In this document: piece after piece, positions 39,849 to 51,452 of the stretch
Position numbering within the stretch: position 1 is the first letter of the stretch
Layout: the number at the start of each line of letters is the position of its first letter
DNA from: Neophaeotheca triangularis
Lineage: Eukaryota
DNA length: 64,000 bases
Direction of reading: 5' to 3'
NCBI GenBank assembly: GCA_054600435.1
Contig: BAAIJX010000029.1
Location: 62,001-126,000, forward strand
Notes under the pieces: generated by a model
The model's input: the letters and a program-made list of their open reading frames with translations, nothing else
What the model was told of the DNA's origin: nothing
Databases searched by the model: none
Position numbers and translations under genes: made by a program

Positions 39849-40646
39849 ATGAGCACCCTCAGCGCAATCCGCGCCAACTGCCGCAAGGTGAATCCACCCA
39901 CTCCCACTCCCACACACCACTCAACCCCGCTCCAAACACCCCCCGCAGGCCAACTAACCACCCACCGCCAAAAACAACAGGTAATGTGCATCGGCCGCAA
40001 CTACGCCGACCACGTAACGGAACTGCACAACCAACGGCCCAAACAACCCTTCTTCTTCCTCAAACCCCCCACCTCCATCCTGCTGCCCTCGCAAGGCCCC
40101 GTGCAGCGCCCGGCCGGCGTAAACCTGCACTACGAAATCGAGCTCGCGCTCGTCATGGGCAAGACGGTGCGAGACCTCGACGCCGACGACACGGCGGGCG
40201 CGCTCGACGCCATCGACGCGTACCTGCTGAGCATCGACATGACGGGCCGGAATGTGCAGGAGGAGGCCAAGAAGAAGGGGTTGCCGTGGAGTATTGCTAA
40301 GGGGTTTGATACCTTCTTGCCCGTCGCCGGGCCCGTGAGCAAGGAGGTGATCGCGGATCCGCATAATGTGGAGTTGTGGTTGAATGTCAATGGGGAGGAG
40401 CGCCAGAGGGATAGTACCGCGCTTATGCTTTTTAGGATTCCCAGGCAGTTGAGCGATATTAGTAAGGTTATGACGTTGGAGAAGGGGGATATTGTGCTCA
40501 CGGGGACGCCCAAGGGGGTTGGGCAGGTCAAGTCGGGGGATGTCATGGAAGCGGGCATTAGGGTTGATGGGAAGGAGGTTGAGGAGGCCAGGATGAGGGT
40601 GGAGGTCAAGGACCGCGAAGGGCCCTATCAGTTTGCTGAGACTTAG
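39849..40646 (+). CDS. Fumarylacetoacetate-hydrolase family protein (FAHD1/Fmp41-like)
   Basis: CIGRNYADH, FFLKPPTS, HYEIEL, AKGFDTF and GDIVLTGTPKGVG; in-frame 93-nt intron 39888-39980. Confidence 0.9.
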   Translation: MSTLSAIRANCRKVNPPTPTPTHHSTPLQTPPAGQLTTHRQKQQVMCIGRNYADHVTELHNQRPKQPFFFLKPPTSILLPSQGPVQRPAGVNLHYEIELALVMGKTVRDLDADDTAGALDAIDAYLLSIDMTGRNVQEEAKKKGLPWSIAKGFDTFLPVAGPVSKEVIADPHNVELWLNVNGEERQRDSTALMLFRIPRQLSDISKVMTLEKGDIVLTGTPKGVGQVKSGDVMEAGIRVDGKEVEEARMRVEVKDREGPYQFAET

Positions 40647-40864
40647 GTAGGATAGGTAGGTTTACAGCATGTCTCTGATATGTTCGTGCCGGGAAATAGC
40701 GCTTCTTTGAGCTACTTGACGGCCTTGTGCACTCTTTTCTGTGCAATGATCATCATGGTAAAAATGAGGAGTTAGCAAATCAGTGCTGACCTCAGTGACG
40801 ACCGCCGCAATGAAGATGCGAGGAGGTCAGGCTCCCTGATGGCACTCGCACATTACTATCTTCC

Positions 40865-42199
40865 TCAATCCAAGGCAATAAACCTTCGTCCATCCTTCTT
40901 CTTAGGCGGTGGCTGCACTGGCGCATCCACAACAGCAGGCTGCGGATGATTCTCCACCGTCGGCCACAGCGCAGGCGCACCTGAGACCTGAGTGGCCTGT
41001 ATCTTTGCCTTTCGTACAGCTGGCTGAGCTTTCCTCGGAGCTGGTGACCGCGCTGCGGCCTGCCGGCTCGGGACTAGTAGAGATGGTGGCTCGGGTTCCT
41101 GCTCTAAAACGGGGTTGGCTCTGGCTCGCGCTTGACTGCGCGTAACCCTTGTAGTCGCCGTCGACGCTGGGGCTTTGCGCTTGCGGCTTCCGGCGTTGAG
41201 GGGTGGGTTCTGCTGGTCGTGGTCCTTGAGCGCTTCGAATGTGAGAGTTCGATGGAGAGGTTGCTCTGCGGTTTTGGGAGCCGCGCGCGTGGCGTGCTTT
41301 GGTGCTACAGGTGAAGCTTTGGTGGCTGTCTGTGTCGCTGCTGGCTTGATAGATATGTTCTGCACTCTGTTTCCGGGGCCTTTCGCTTTAGATCTTGGTG
41401 GAGCGCCCTTTCTTGTACAGGCTGGAACGCTTTTGGCTTGCTGTGGCTCACTGCACAGAGTCAGTATGCGGTCCGTCTGGTAGAGTGATGTTTATACGTA
41501 CGCATGGTCATCTGCAACCAAAGCATCGATCATTTGAGTAGCGTTTGTCTCATTCGAAATAACATGCTCGTCACCTGACACCATAGCAGGTCGTGGGGCC
41601 ACGTTGCCAACGTTAGGGACTCTCGTCTCATCACACACAGACTGCTCGCTGACTGAAAAGATTTCAGGACGAGGAACCACGTTGCCAGCCGCGAGACCAC
41701 CCGCAGACATAATACAAGGCCCAGACGACTGCGTGACACGGTGTTCGTCTCGCTCCACTCTACGCTCTCTCTCTTCCTTCTCAACCCAAGTCACCAACCC
41801 TAGCACCTCCCCCTCAACAACTCCAATCCTCCCCCCAACCCCCTCAAAATCTAACTCCATACCCTTAACCCTCTCACTCAATCCCTTAAATAACTCATCT
41901 CTCCCCCTCCCCACCTCCCTCAGCCCCCTAACCTCCCCCTCCAAGACCCCCAGCCGATCCCCAGCCAAAACATCCTCAAAACCCCCCAAAACGCTCCTAA
42001 CCTCCTTCAGCCCCGCCTCCAACTCCCCAAATTTCCTAACCGCCGCCTTCTCTCTCTCAAAAGCCTTGGTTCGATCGCTCTCCAGAAGTGCGAACTTCTT
42101 CTCCAGAGCCGCGAACTGGAGGCACATGGCTTCGGCGTTCGTTTGAGCCTGGCTTAAATTTTCGCTCAGGGTGTCGAAGAGTTTGGTGAGCGCTTGTTG

Positions 42200-42235
<36 letters not shown>

Positions 42236-42481
42236 GAGCGAGTTGGAATGGAGGGGTTTGGTCTTGTCCTCGAGGCTGGTGAGGCGGGCGGTGAGAGTGG
42301 TGATTTCGGCTGCGGTTGCGAGGGGCTCTGGGCTAGTGGTGTTGTCATTCTTGCTGAGATGGGTGGTGTGCTCGGTTGTTGTTGTTTCGAGGTCGCGGAT
42401 GCGTGCGAGGAGGTGGGCGTGTTCGCGTTTGAGCTGGTAGGCCCAGAGGAGGGAACTTGGGGAAGTTGGGGGTTGAACCAT
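40865..42481 (-). CDS. Hypothetical coiled-coil protein with poly-Q, 2 exons
   Basis: Exon 41502-42481 (LLWAYQLKREHAHLLARI, coiled coil) joins in frame via GT-AG intron 41451-41501 to the frame of ORF 40865-41365. Confidence 0.65.
42201..42232. repeat. (TGC/CAG)n microsatellite encoding poly-Q
   Basis: About 10 tandem units. Confidence 0.9.
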
Positions 42482-43075
42482 GGCTAGGGGGAGGCGGTCG
42501 ATACAGTGACAGTGCTGGTATGGCAGTGTGACAGTAGTGGGAAGACGATGGAGCAACTGCCTACCGAGCCAGGACTGTGAGAATAGCAGGATGTGATGTT
42601 GAAACAAACTTGAGTAGTCGAGATAAGAATGCAGTCACGTGGGCTACTCACCGCATCTTTGAAAAAAAAGGGAAGGAACGCCTCCAGACTTACAAGGCAG
42701 CGACGGAAGAGAAACGAGGTATAAGTGACATTATCAAGCAGTGTACGCAAGCCTACGTACGAAATCGCAATGCAGCCTAAGCATAAACATTTTGATAGCA
42801 TGTAGTACACCCCACGATCTAGGAAACAGCCGCAGGAAAAAGCATTTTGCACGGCAGGGTTTAGCATTCTGGTGGAGAACGCCAGTTTGCATGTCCGCCG
42901 CAGTCATGACCAAGCTTTACAAAGTCCCTTTCAGGCCTTTAGCCAGTCAAGCAAAGAGTTTTGGGTTGTAGCAAACACTCCGCCCGTCGATACCGACCCT
43001 GCCCGTCCACCTGAGTAGATTGCAGAGTCGGCCACAAGCAAAGTGCAAGAGATGGGTATTCGTCGAGTTGAGCGC

Positions 43076-44521
43076 TTAGATGAGGTCTGTAAATCGTCTT
43101 AGTTTGGTTACAAGTAGCAGGCATTGTCTGCAGAAACTTACCGGCCACGTTCATCGGCATCTCCTCAATCTGGGTGCTGTAGAACTGCTCGATTTCACGC
43201 ATCATACGGACATCGTCGGCAGTGACGAAGTTGATGGCAACACCCTTCCTTCCGAAACGGCCACCACGACCGATTCTGTGGATGTAGTTCTCCCTGTTGG
43301 CGGGCAGGTCGTAGTTGATGACAAGGGAGACTTGCTGGACGTCGATACCACGGGCGAGGAGGTCGGTAGCGATGAGAACACGGGAAGATCCGGAACGGAA
43401 CTCCTTCATGATGACATCGCGCTGGCCCTGGTCCATGTCACCGTGCATGGCGGAGACGGTGAAGTCACGGGCAGTGAGCTTGTCGGTGAGCCAGTCAACC
43501 TTTCTGCGGGTGTTGCAGAAGATGACAGCCTGGGTAATGGTGACGGTCTCGTACAAGTCGGAGAGAGTGTCCAACTTCCAGTCCTCCTTCTCGACGGCAA
43601 TGTAGAACTGCTTGATACCTTCGAGCGTAAGCTCGTCCTTCTTGACGAGGATACGGACGGGGTCGCGCATGAACTTGGTGGTAACCTCGAGGACATCCTG
43701 GGGCATGGTAGCGGAGAGAAGGACGACCTGAGTGCTCTGGGGGAGGAGCTGGAAGATGTCGTAGATCTGCTCGGTGAAACCGCGGGACAGCATCTCGTCG
43801 GCCTCGTCGAGGACGAACTGCTTCATGCTGTCGGTCTTGAGGACACGGCGCTGGATCATGTCTTGGACACGGCCGGGGGTACCGACAACGACCTGGGGAC
43901 CGTCCTGAAGGGCCTTCATGTCGTCACGGACGCTGGTACCACCAATGCATGCGTGGCACTCGATGCTCATGAAGTCACCGATGGCGACAACGACCTTCTG
44001 GATCTGCTGGGCGAGCTCACGGGTGGGTGCAAGGATCAAAGCCTGGCAAGCCTTGAGCTGGGGGTCGATCTTCTGGAGAACCGAGATGGAGAAGGTAGCG
44101 GTCTTTCCGGTACCAGACTGCGCCTGAGCGATGACGTCGGAGCCTGTATTCGCATGTCAGATGTTTCTTCTTTGTCGCAAAGTATTGTTCCTTGCTCTTC
44201 TCGCGGTCGGAAACTCACCCTTGATAACGGGCATGATGGCGCGCTGCTGGATAGCAGAGGGACGCTCGAAACCGTAGGCGTAAACTCCACGGAGGAGCTC
44301 AGGCTTCAGGTTCATCGCGTCGAAGCTGTCGGTGGTCTCATCGTAGTTTGACTCGATCTGACCTGTAGCGCGCACAAAGCGGTCAGCGTCTGAATTCACT
44401 CGGTTGCAAAAGTACTTCTCAGGTCGCGAATCGCGCGCGAAAGGCGCCTCACGCGACCAAGATGCACTTCGAGTATCGACTCACCGGCCTCGATGTCCTC
44501 AAGTCCCTTTCCGTCAGCCAT
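43076..44521 (-). CDS. TIF1: Translation initiation factor eIF4A (DEAD-box helicase), 4 exons
   Basis: [36 protein letters not shown] and [13 protein letters not shown]; terminal exon D-L-I-stop. Confidence 0.95.
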
Positions 44522-45034
44522 GATTGCGGTGTTGGTGCGAAGCCCACAGGCGCTTTGCTGCGAGCTGGTGAAGTGGAAAAGGCGGTGGTAGTCCTGTCGA
44601 CTCCGCCGCTATGTGGGTTCCTGGTGTGTGGGTGGAAACTAGATACCAAACTCTCGTAAAGGAGAGTCGTAGAGGTTCTAGTTGTTTGTGGTTCTGGTTT
44701 GGAAAATGGTAGTTGGAGTAGAGCAATCGAAGGTAGAGGCGAGGGTGAATTTTTACAGCCCTTAGTGCCTTTCAACTCTTGCAAGAGCGGCTGGGTCCGT
44801 GCCCTGTTCCGTGTAAGTCTTAGTCTTAGCGGGAGCGCACGGGCCATCTCTACAACGTAGATTTTGCTGTGGCGAGACGAGACGACGGGAGACTGGCAAA
44901 AGTGGCATTGAATGATATTCATTGATAAACGGTAACGAATGCGCGACCCGATTAAGAGCATTGGAGCGTCAGTGAGGTGAGGCTCCATGGACTGAAGTAC
45001 AACTGTCTGTAACCACTCTGCACAAAGGTGGAAT

Positions 45035-46638
45035 ATGGCTCCCCCATCGGCAACACCACTCGAAGATGACACTCCCCAAGGATCACCACTCCCGGAGAGC
45101 TACGAGACTCGGCCTGTGAAAAGGCAGAAGATCGAGTCACTACCAATTGCAGATGATGAAGAACCATCCAACGGCAACACAGCTTCAGTGAAGCGCCATC
45201 CTCTCGCCGTCAGGCCCGCAGGCAATGCTTTTACAGCCTCAACCGACCTTAGACACGCGAGCGGCCTTTTTGCCCGTTTACCAGAGGAACTGTTAGGCAG
45301 TTTCCTCGAGACACTAGAAGCCCCGGATCTCCTCAGGCTAGGCGGCACATGTAGAGCTCTCCACGCCTACACCCGCAACGAAGAACTATGGCGCACTCTA
45401 TTCGTAGCGTAAGTCCCTCTGACTCTCCCACATCGTAATCTCAGCCCATCAAGCTGAGAAATCCTGGTAGGTCACCACCCCCCTCCTTCTCATGGCGCGG
45501 CACCTGGCGCTCCACCTACCTCTCGCAACCCTCGACCCGCGAGCCGGCCATAGACTGCACGAACCTCTTCTCCGACCTGCTGCACCGCCCCTTCTTCTGC
45601 GCCCACGTCCCCCTTGATCACTATGCCCTTAACATCCCCAACGCCAACCAAATCCCCCGCTTCCACGATCTCACCCCCTCCGAATTCGCCGCCCGTTGGG
45701 TTTCCCACCCCTTCATCCTCACCCATCCCGTCCGCACCTGGCCAATCTTCCACACCTGGTCCTGGACTTATCTCGCCCATACCTATCCCTCAACCCTCTT
45801 CCGCGCCGAAGCCGTCGACTGGCCGCTATCAACCTACCTAAACTACCTCAACGACTCCCATGACGAATCCCCCCTCTACCTCTTCGACTCCCACTTCGCC
45901 TCCAAAATGTCCCTCCCACCCACCGCATACACCGCACCCCCCTGTTTCGGCGCCGACGCTTTCACCCACCTCGGCCCTCAACGCCCAGATCACAAATGGC
46001 TGATCATCGGCCCCTCACGCTCAGGCTCAACCTTCCACAAAGACCCCAACGCCACCTCGGCCTGGAACGCCGTCCTCCGCGGCCGCAAATACTGGATCAT
46101 GTTTCCCTCCTCCCCTTCCATCCCACCCCCACCCGGCGTCTTCGTCTCCGAAGACCAGAGCGAAGTCACCGCCCCCTTGAGTATACCCGAATGGCTACTC
46201 GGCTTCCACGCCGAAGCGCGCAAAACTCCCGGCTGCAAGGAGGGCATTTGCGAAGAAGGCGAAGTCCTCTACGTGCCCTCGGGTTGGTATCATTTAGTTT
46301 TGAACTTGGAGGATTCGGTGGCGGTCACGCAGAATTTTGTTCCCGAGGCCAGGTTGGGAGCGGTGCTGGCGTTTTTGCGCGATCAGAGGCAGAGTGTTAG
46401 TGGGTTTGCCAAGGGGGTTGGGGAGCCTTTTGAGTTGTTTGTGGACAAGTTGGGTGAGGCGGAGCCGGAGTTGCTCGAGAGGGGGTTGGCGGAGATGGAG
46501 AGGTTGAGGGAGAGTCGGGTAGGCAAGTGGGAGAGGTTGACTGCGAAGAGTGAGGAAGGGGAGGAGGGTGAGGGTGAGGGCGAGGGAGGGTTTTCGTTTG
46601 GGTTTGGGGGTGGGGATAGTGATGAGGAGGTGCCGTAG
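45035..46638 (+). CDS. F-box + JmjC domain protein (JMJD6-like 2-oxoglutarate/Fe oxygenase), 2 exons
   Basis: F-box LPEELLGSFLETL...LLRLGGTCRAL; JmjC GSTFHKDPN...VPSGWYHLVLNL with an intact HxD...H triad; intron 45409-45470. Confidence 0.88.
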
Positions 46639-46796
46639 ATACGTTCATGCATAGTGAATAGATTGGATGGTCGTGGTCTGTACACTTGTAACAACGCTTG
46701 CATAGAGACTGTCTCTGCAAGTAAAAAGACGCTCATTATGGTCTACCTCTCGCTCGCTCACACCTGTTACTCACTTGCCCATAAGCCCTCTTACCT

Positions 46797-48227
46797 CTAA
46801 GCCGCAGCAGCAGGCGCGGCACCCTCTCCTTGCCCGTCCTTCTGCGTCCTCTCACTCTCCATGCCCTCCATATCCTGAACAAACTTCTCCCAAACTTTGA
46901 TATTCCCCCTGAAAAACTCGGCCTCCGCCTCTGCCAACCCGCCGAGCGAATCCCGAAACTCCACCGCCTTGATGCGCTCAAAATCCCCAACCTCCTTGAC
47001 AACTTCCTCGTCAAAAGCCTCGCTGGTCTTTTTCGCACCCTCGACCTCATCCGTCAGCCGACGTATCTGCACTTCCAGCTTGCGCTGCCTTTCCCTCCGC
47101 GCTTGTTCGTGATCCACGCCCCGAACGTCTTCAATCTTACTTCGCAGAAATCCCGTAGGGCCGGTGCCTGTGCTCGAAGAAGAGGAAGCAAGATGATCGC
47201 GCTCATTGGCCGCTTTGGTGAGGTAATCCGTCAACGCCTCGAAATCCAGCTGTTTCTGCTCGCGCGTCTTGAGTAGCGCGCGCACGCTGCTGATGTAGGC
47301 TTCCATGTCGCGCAGACTGCCGAGGTAGTCTTGATCCGTATAGGCTTTGACGCCGCCCCAGCCTTCGCTAGTTTGTTGCACGCAAGCTGCGAAGTTTGTG
47401 AGTTCGGCCGCGACGCCAGGTTCCAAAGCGGCGAGTCTTTGGAATTGTGTCGCTAGATCTGCGTAGTCGGTTTCGAGGTCGGATTCGCGCTTTGCGACGC
47501 GCGCGACCGTTTTGGAGACGGTTGAGAGGTCGTCGTTTAATTTAGAGCTGCGCTCGCCCACTTCGAGGAAGCGCTTGTCGGATTTGTGCGTTTTGGTGAA
47601 GGCGTTGAGCAGGCTATCGGTCCAAGTTTCGAGGACTGAGCCAGTGCCGGCGTTTTCGCTGCCTGACATGCCACGGGAGGGACGGGAGCGCATCGTTGCG
47701 TTCCAGTCACTGGATTCGAGGAAGAGGGTGAGGATGACGGCGCGGCGGAGGACAGGGTGGAGGGTTAAACGGCGCAGGAAGCGTTGTAGGCTGTACCCTC
47801 TGCGTGCTGTGAAGTCTGCCTCGAAGCGACCTCCACGTACGTAGCTCATGTTGTGCTTGTCAGGTAGGGGAGGGACGGCGCATTGTGGGTATTCGCGCTG
47901 GAGGGTTTTGTAGAGGAAGACAAAGTCTGTAAATCGGCGGCGAACTTCGGAGTGTGAGGACTGAAAGGATTTGAAATCGGTCTGCATGAAACTTGTTAGC
48001 ATATACGGCGCCAAAGCCTCCAAATGAGAGTCGGCTAGGCGTACATCTGTGGTGACCAGGTAGGAGATGTAGGCATTCTGAGTTCCTTCGCCCTCTTTCT
48101 GGGGCTTAGTCACTGAGCATTCGAGTCGTCCTTGTGCCCCTGGTCCAGCGAGATCTTGAGCATCCGCATCCTGACCGGCCTGCTGCCATTGTGGGTCGTC
48201 ATAATCGTTGCCGTTTCCCTCCTCCAT
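46797..48227 (-). CDS. SNX4: Sorting nexin 4 (Atg24), PX-BAR protein
   Basis: PX motifs AYISYLV, VRRRFTDFVFL and VPPLPDK; BAR region with REQKQLDFEALTDYL; in-frame 63-nt intron 47982-48044. The start may lie upstream at 48647. Confidence 0.9.
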   Translation of the reverse strand: MEEGNGNDYDDPQWQQAGQDADAQDLAGPGAQGRLECSVTKPQKEGEGTQNAYISYLVTTDVRLADSHLEALAPYMLTSFMQTDFKSFQSSHSEVRRRFTDFVFLYKTLQREYPQCAVPPLPDKHNMSYVRGGRFEADFTARRGYSLQRFLRRLTLHPVLRRAVILTLFLESSDWNATMRSRPSRGMSGSENAGTGSVLETWTDSLLNAFTKTHKSDKRFLEVGERSSKLNDDLSTVSKTVARVAKRESDLETDYADLATQFQRLAALEPGVAAELTNFAACVQQTSEGWGGVKAYTDQDYLGSLRDMEAYISSVRALLKTREQKQLDFEALTDYLTKAANERDHLASSSSSTGTGPTGFLRSKIEDVRGVDHEQARRERQRKLEVQIRRLTDEVEGAKKTSEAFDEEVVKEVGDFERIKAVEFRDSLGGLAEAEAEFFRGNIKVWEKFVQDMEGMESERTQKDGQGEGAAPAAAA

Positions 48228-49214
48228 GCTGGCTTCCTGGCAGGATCGATGGGGTCGTTCGACGGCGCTCGGCCTTGGATATCGCACTAAATAGGAGGCC
48301 GTGAAGTTGGCGAGAGTCCTGGTGGAGAGGCCGTAGCTGTATCTCACTGACGGGTTCTCTTGACACTGCTCAGCTGGCACTATCTCGTCCTGTGAAATGC
48401 TCTCAAAATCGTCAGAAGCGTAAGACGAGGAGCTTGACAATTCGATGAGGCAGCAGTCGTCGTCGTCTTCGTCGTCGTCGTCGTCGCAAGTGTTTTCGGT
48501 GGGTGAGGAGGGTTCAGTAAATGGAGGGGGTGCAGCAGTTGGCGGCGGTGATAGCTGGAGGTGCTGAAGCTCCGAGTTGGGAAGCTGCTCGTCATCGTCA
48601 TTGGCCCATATAGGAGCCGAGGACGGTCCGAGACCGTTGTAGCTCATCACGTGATCCAGCCTTTCGATCCAGTTTTGGTGTTCGTTTCGCTTCTCGACAA
48701 TTTTCAAGGTACCAAGGTAAGGTTTCTCGTTTTAACTATGAAAGTATCATGTTGTATAGCTTTGTTTCGCTGCGATTAGAACGATTATTTGATTTAATAT
48801 CCTATTGACGTGGACAACACACTTGCCATTGACGGAAGGTGCGGTGCTAACTTAAAACGTATGTACCTAAGTTACAATGATTGTAATTACCACAGCAAAC
48901 CTCTCCTAATCAACACCATCGTCCGCGCTGCTAGTCTACCTCTAGCATGCTGATGTCCACGGGAATCGTAATCCTCTCAAAGACCTTGGACAGCTCGTCT
49001 CGATCGCTAGCTAGCGGACTACTGATCTGCAGGCACCCCAAGGCGCGCACGCATTGCCTGGCTTGCTGGCCCGCCCGGGACACGAAGATCCGAGGTGGAG
49101 TCTGCGAGTGTGACAGGTCAGGCGTGCCGCGCCTTGTAGAACAACCTTGACGCGCACCACGCTCCTCCTCTTTGCTTCCTCTCATGACTCTATCTTGGAC
49201 CTACTGTTCCCGCC

Positions 49215-50939
49215 ATGGTCGCTGCTGGACCAATATCCTCGGTGGCGGAAGCCGTTCGCGAGGCACCAGTGACATGGGCCATTGTCGTGGTCCTATTCAC
49301 CCTCACGGCGCGCTTCCTCGCCAAACTATACAAGCACCGCAAATTCCACCGTGATCTACCAGGCCCTCCCCACAGTTGGATATGGGGATCGCTTCGATCC
49401 ATTGGAGAGGTCTCGCTCAAGCAGCCCCCAGATGCTGCCCCTCAAACAATGCCGCTGCTTGTCAAGGAACACTACGGCCTCGGCGACGCATTTTATCTCG
49501 ATCCTTACCCATTCGCCGGACCCATACTCGCCATCTTCGACCCTAGCATGATGAACGAGCTGGCTGTCACAAATAGTCAGCCGAAGCACCCAGCCGTGGC
49601 CGAGTTCATGGTTTATTTGGGAGGCGAAGGGAATCTGGTCAGTTCTGAAGCTGCCGCCTGGAAGAAATGGCGATCTGCATTCAACCCAGGCTTCAGTGCC
49701 GCCCATCTCATGACCCTGGTGCCGACGATCGTGGACGAATGCAACATTTTCTGCGACATCATGACCAAGCACGCCGAGAACAACGATCTTTTCAGGATGG
49801 AGCAGGCAACCACGAGATTGACAGTGGACATCATTGGCAAGGTGGCTCTAGACGACGCTTTTGGTAGCCAGACTGGCTACAACGAGCTGGTCGACGCTTT
49901 CAACAGCACGGTGCGGTGGCTACCAGTAGGCGCTCGAACCCAGCCCAGCGAACTCATAGACTTCCGTCGTCCTATCATCCTAAGGTACAACAATTGGCGC
50001 ATGAAAAGGTACCTCAGCAAGCGTCTTGAAGAGCGGTTCGCCACTCGAGAAAGCCGTGGAAAGAGCAAAGCCATCGTTGACCTGGCGCTCACGTCTTATG
50101 AAAAGGAAGTGAAGGCTGCAGGTGGCGATTTGGCCAAAGTCAAAGGCATGGATCCGACTTTCAAGACCGCGGCGATTTCGAATGTAAAAACCTTCATTTT
50201 CGCTGGCCACGACACGACCTCGTCAACTATCTGCTATGCTCTTTACTATCTGTCTCGATCTCCGGAGAAACTAGCAAAAGTGCGAAAAGAACACGACGAT
50301 GTTTTTGGTTGCGACTACAAGCAGACAGGCGACATGTTGAAAACACAGGGGCACCTTCTCAGCAAGCTTGAATACACCATGGCGATTATCAAGGAAGTGC
50401 TTCGTCTGCAGCCTCCTGCCAGCACCGTCAGAACAGGAGCAGACGGGTACGTTTACCGACTGGCACTGTTTTTTTTTTTTTTTTTTCGCTGACCAGATTC
50501 TAGCTTCATCATGCGCGAACCAGAGACCGGGCAGCTTCTGCCTACAAAAGACGTCTTGCTCTGGCCGGTGGATGTTGGTCTCCACCGACACAGCAAGCAC
50601 TGGGCCCCAGACCCCCATGCTTTTCGGCCAGAGCGTTTCCTCGACCCTTCTGACCCTTGCAACAAAGAAGCCTGGGTGCCTTTCTCAAAGGGTAACCGCA
50701 ACTGCATTGGTCAGGAGCTCGCTATCATCGAAACCAAAGTTATTTTAGCGATGGTTTTGCGGGCTTTTGACTTCCAAGAGGCTTATGCAGAATTGGGCAA
50801 GCTCAAAGGTGATCGCTCTGGATATCCTTCTAGAACTACGGGTCCGCAGGAGCAGTACGGAGAGGTTGCATATCAGATACAATTGGGGACTGCGAAGCCT
50901 AGGGAGGGGATGCCTTGTCGAATTAGTTTGAGAAAGTAG
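49215..50939 (+). CDS. Cytochrome P450 monooxygenase (resembles StcS/VerA-like clan), 2 exons
   Basis: N-terminal TM anchor, LPGPP, FAGHDTT (I-helix), KEVLR (ExxR), PERF and heme motif FSKGNRNCIG; intron 50447-50503 containing a T-tract. Confidence 0.93.
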
Positions 50940-51452
50940 GCGAGAAGCAGGAAAGATTAACGAGTTTGACGATGATGATGATGATGATGAAGATGAGTTT
51001 GACGACTACCTAGGTAGCTACCTTATTCGGTAGACAAACACCAGCAAGACAGCATCGCCTCGTGTCGAGTCGAAAAGTATACTCCTGCAGGCCGGCAGAC
51101 CTACCTACTTTCAGACGGGTTTGGAGAAAAGCTCGAGTCATGGTGGCGACACAGACTTGGCCCGGCGCCTGCGCTTATGGTTTCCCAATATGGAAGTATT
51201 AGACGCTACTCCACTCGTATTTCCAGTGGAGGCCGAGATCAACCTACAACCCAACCTCACCTGCACCCACTGCATCACATCCCCAACAGACGCCTGGGCA
51301 GAGCGGGCGATGCGGTGCCGTCAGACTCAAAGGTATAAGACCTTCCCCGCTCGCAATGTCAGGTATTGCCGTTGTTCGCTAGGTAGGCTACACCATTATT
51401 AATTGACCTTTCTTTCTCGTATCAGCCCCCACCTTCTCAGCAGCAAACCACC

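Noticed and set aside
43080..44351. 423-aa ORF antisense to eIF4A (similar shadows over GH3 36888-38444, ATP3 25212-26063 and SSB1)
   Set aside because: Typical antisense shadows of highly biased genes.
45035..46638. JmjC gene as a formaldehyde-producing member of the candidate cluster
   Set aside because: It lies between the housekeeping genes eIF4A and SNX4, outside the accessory block.
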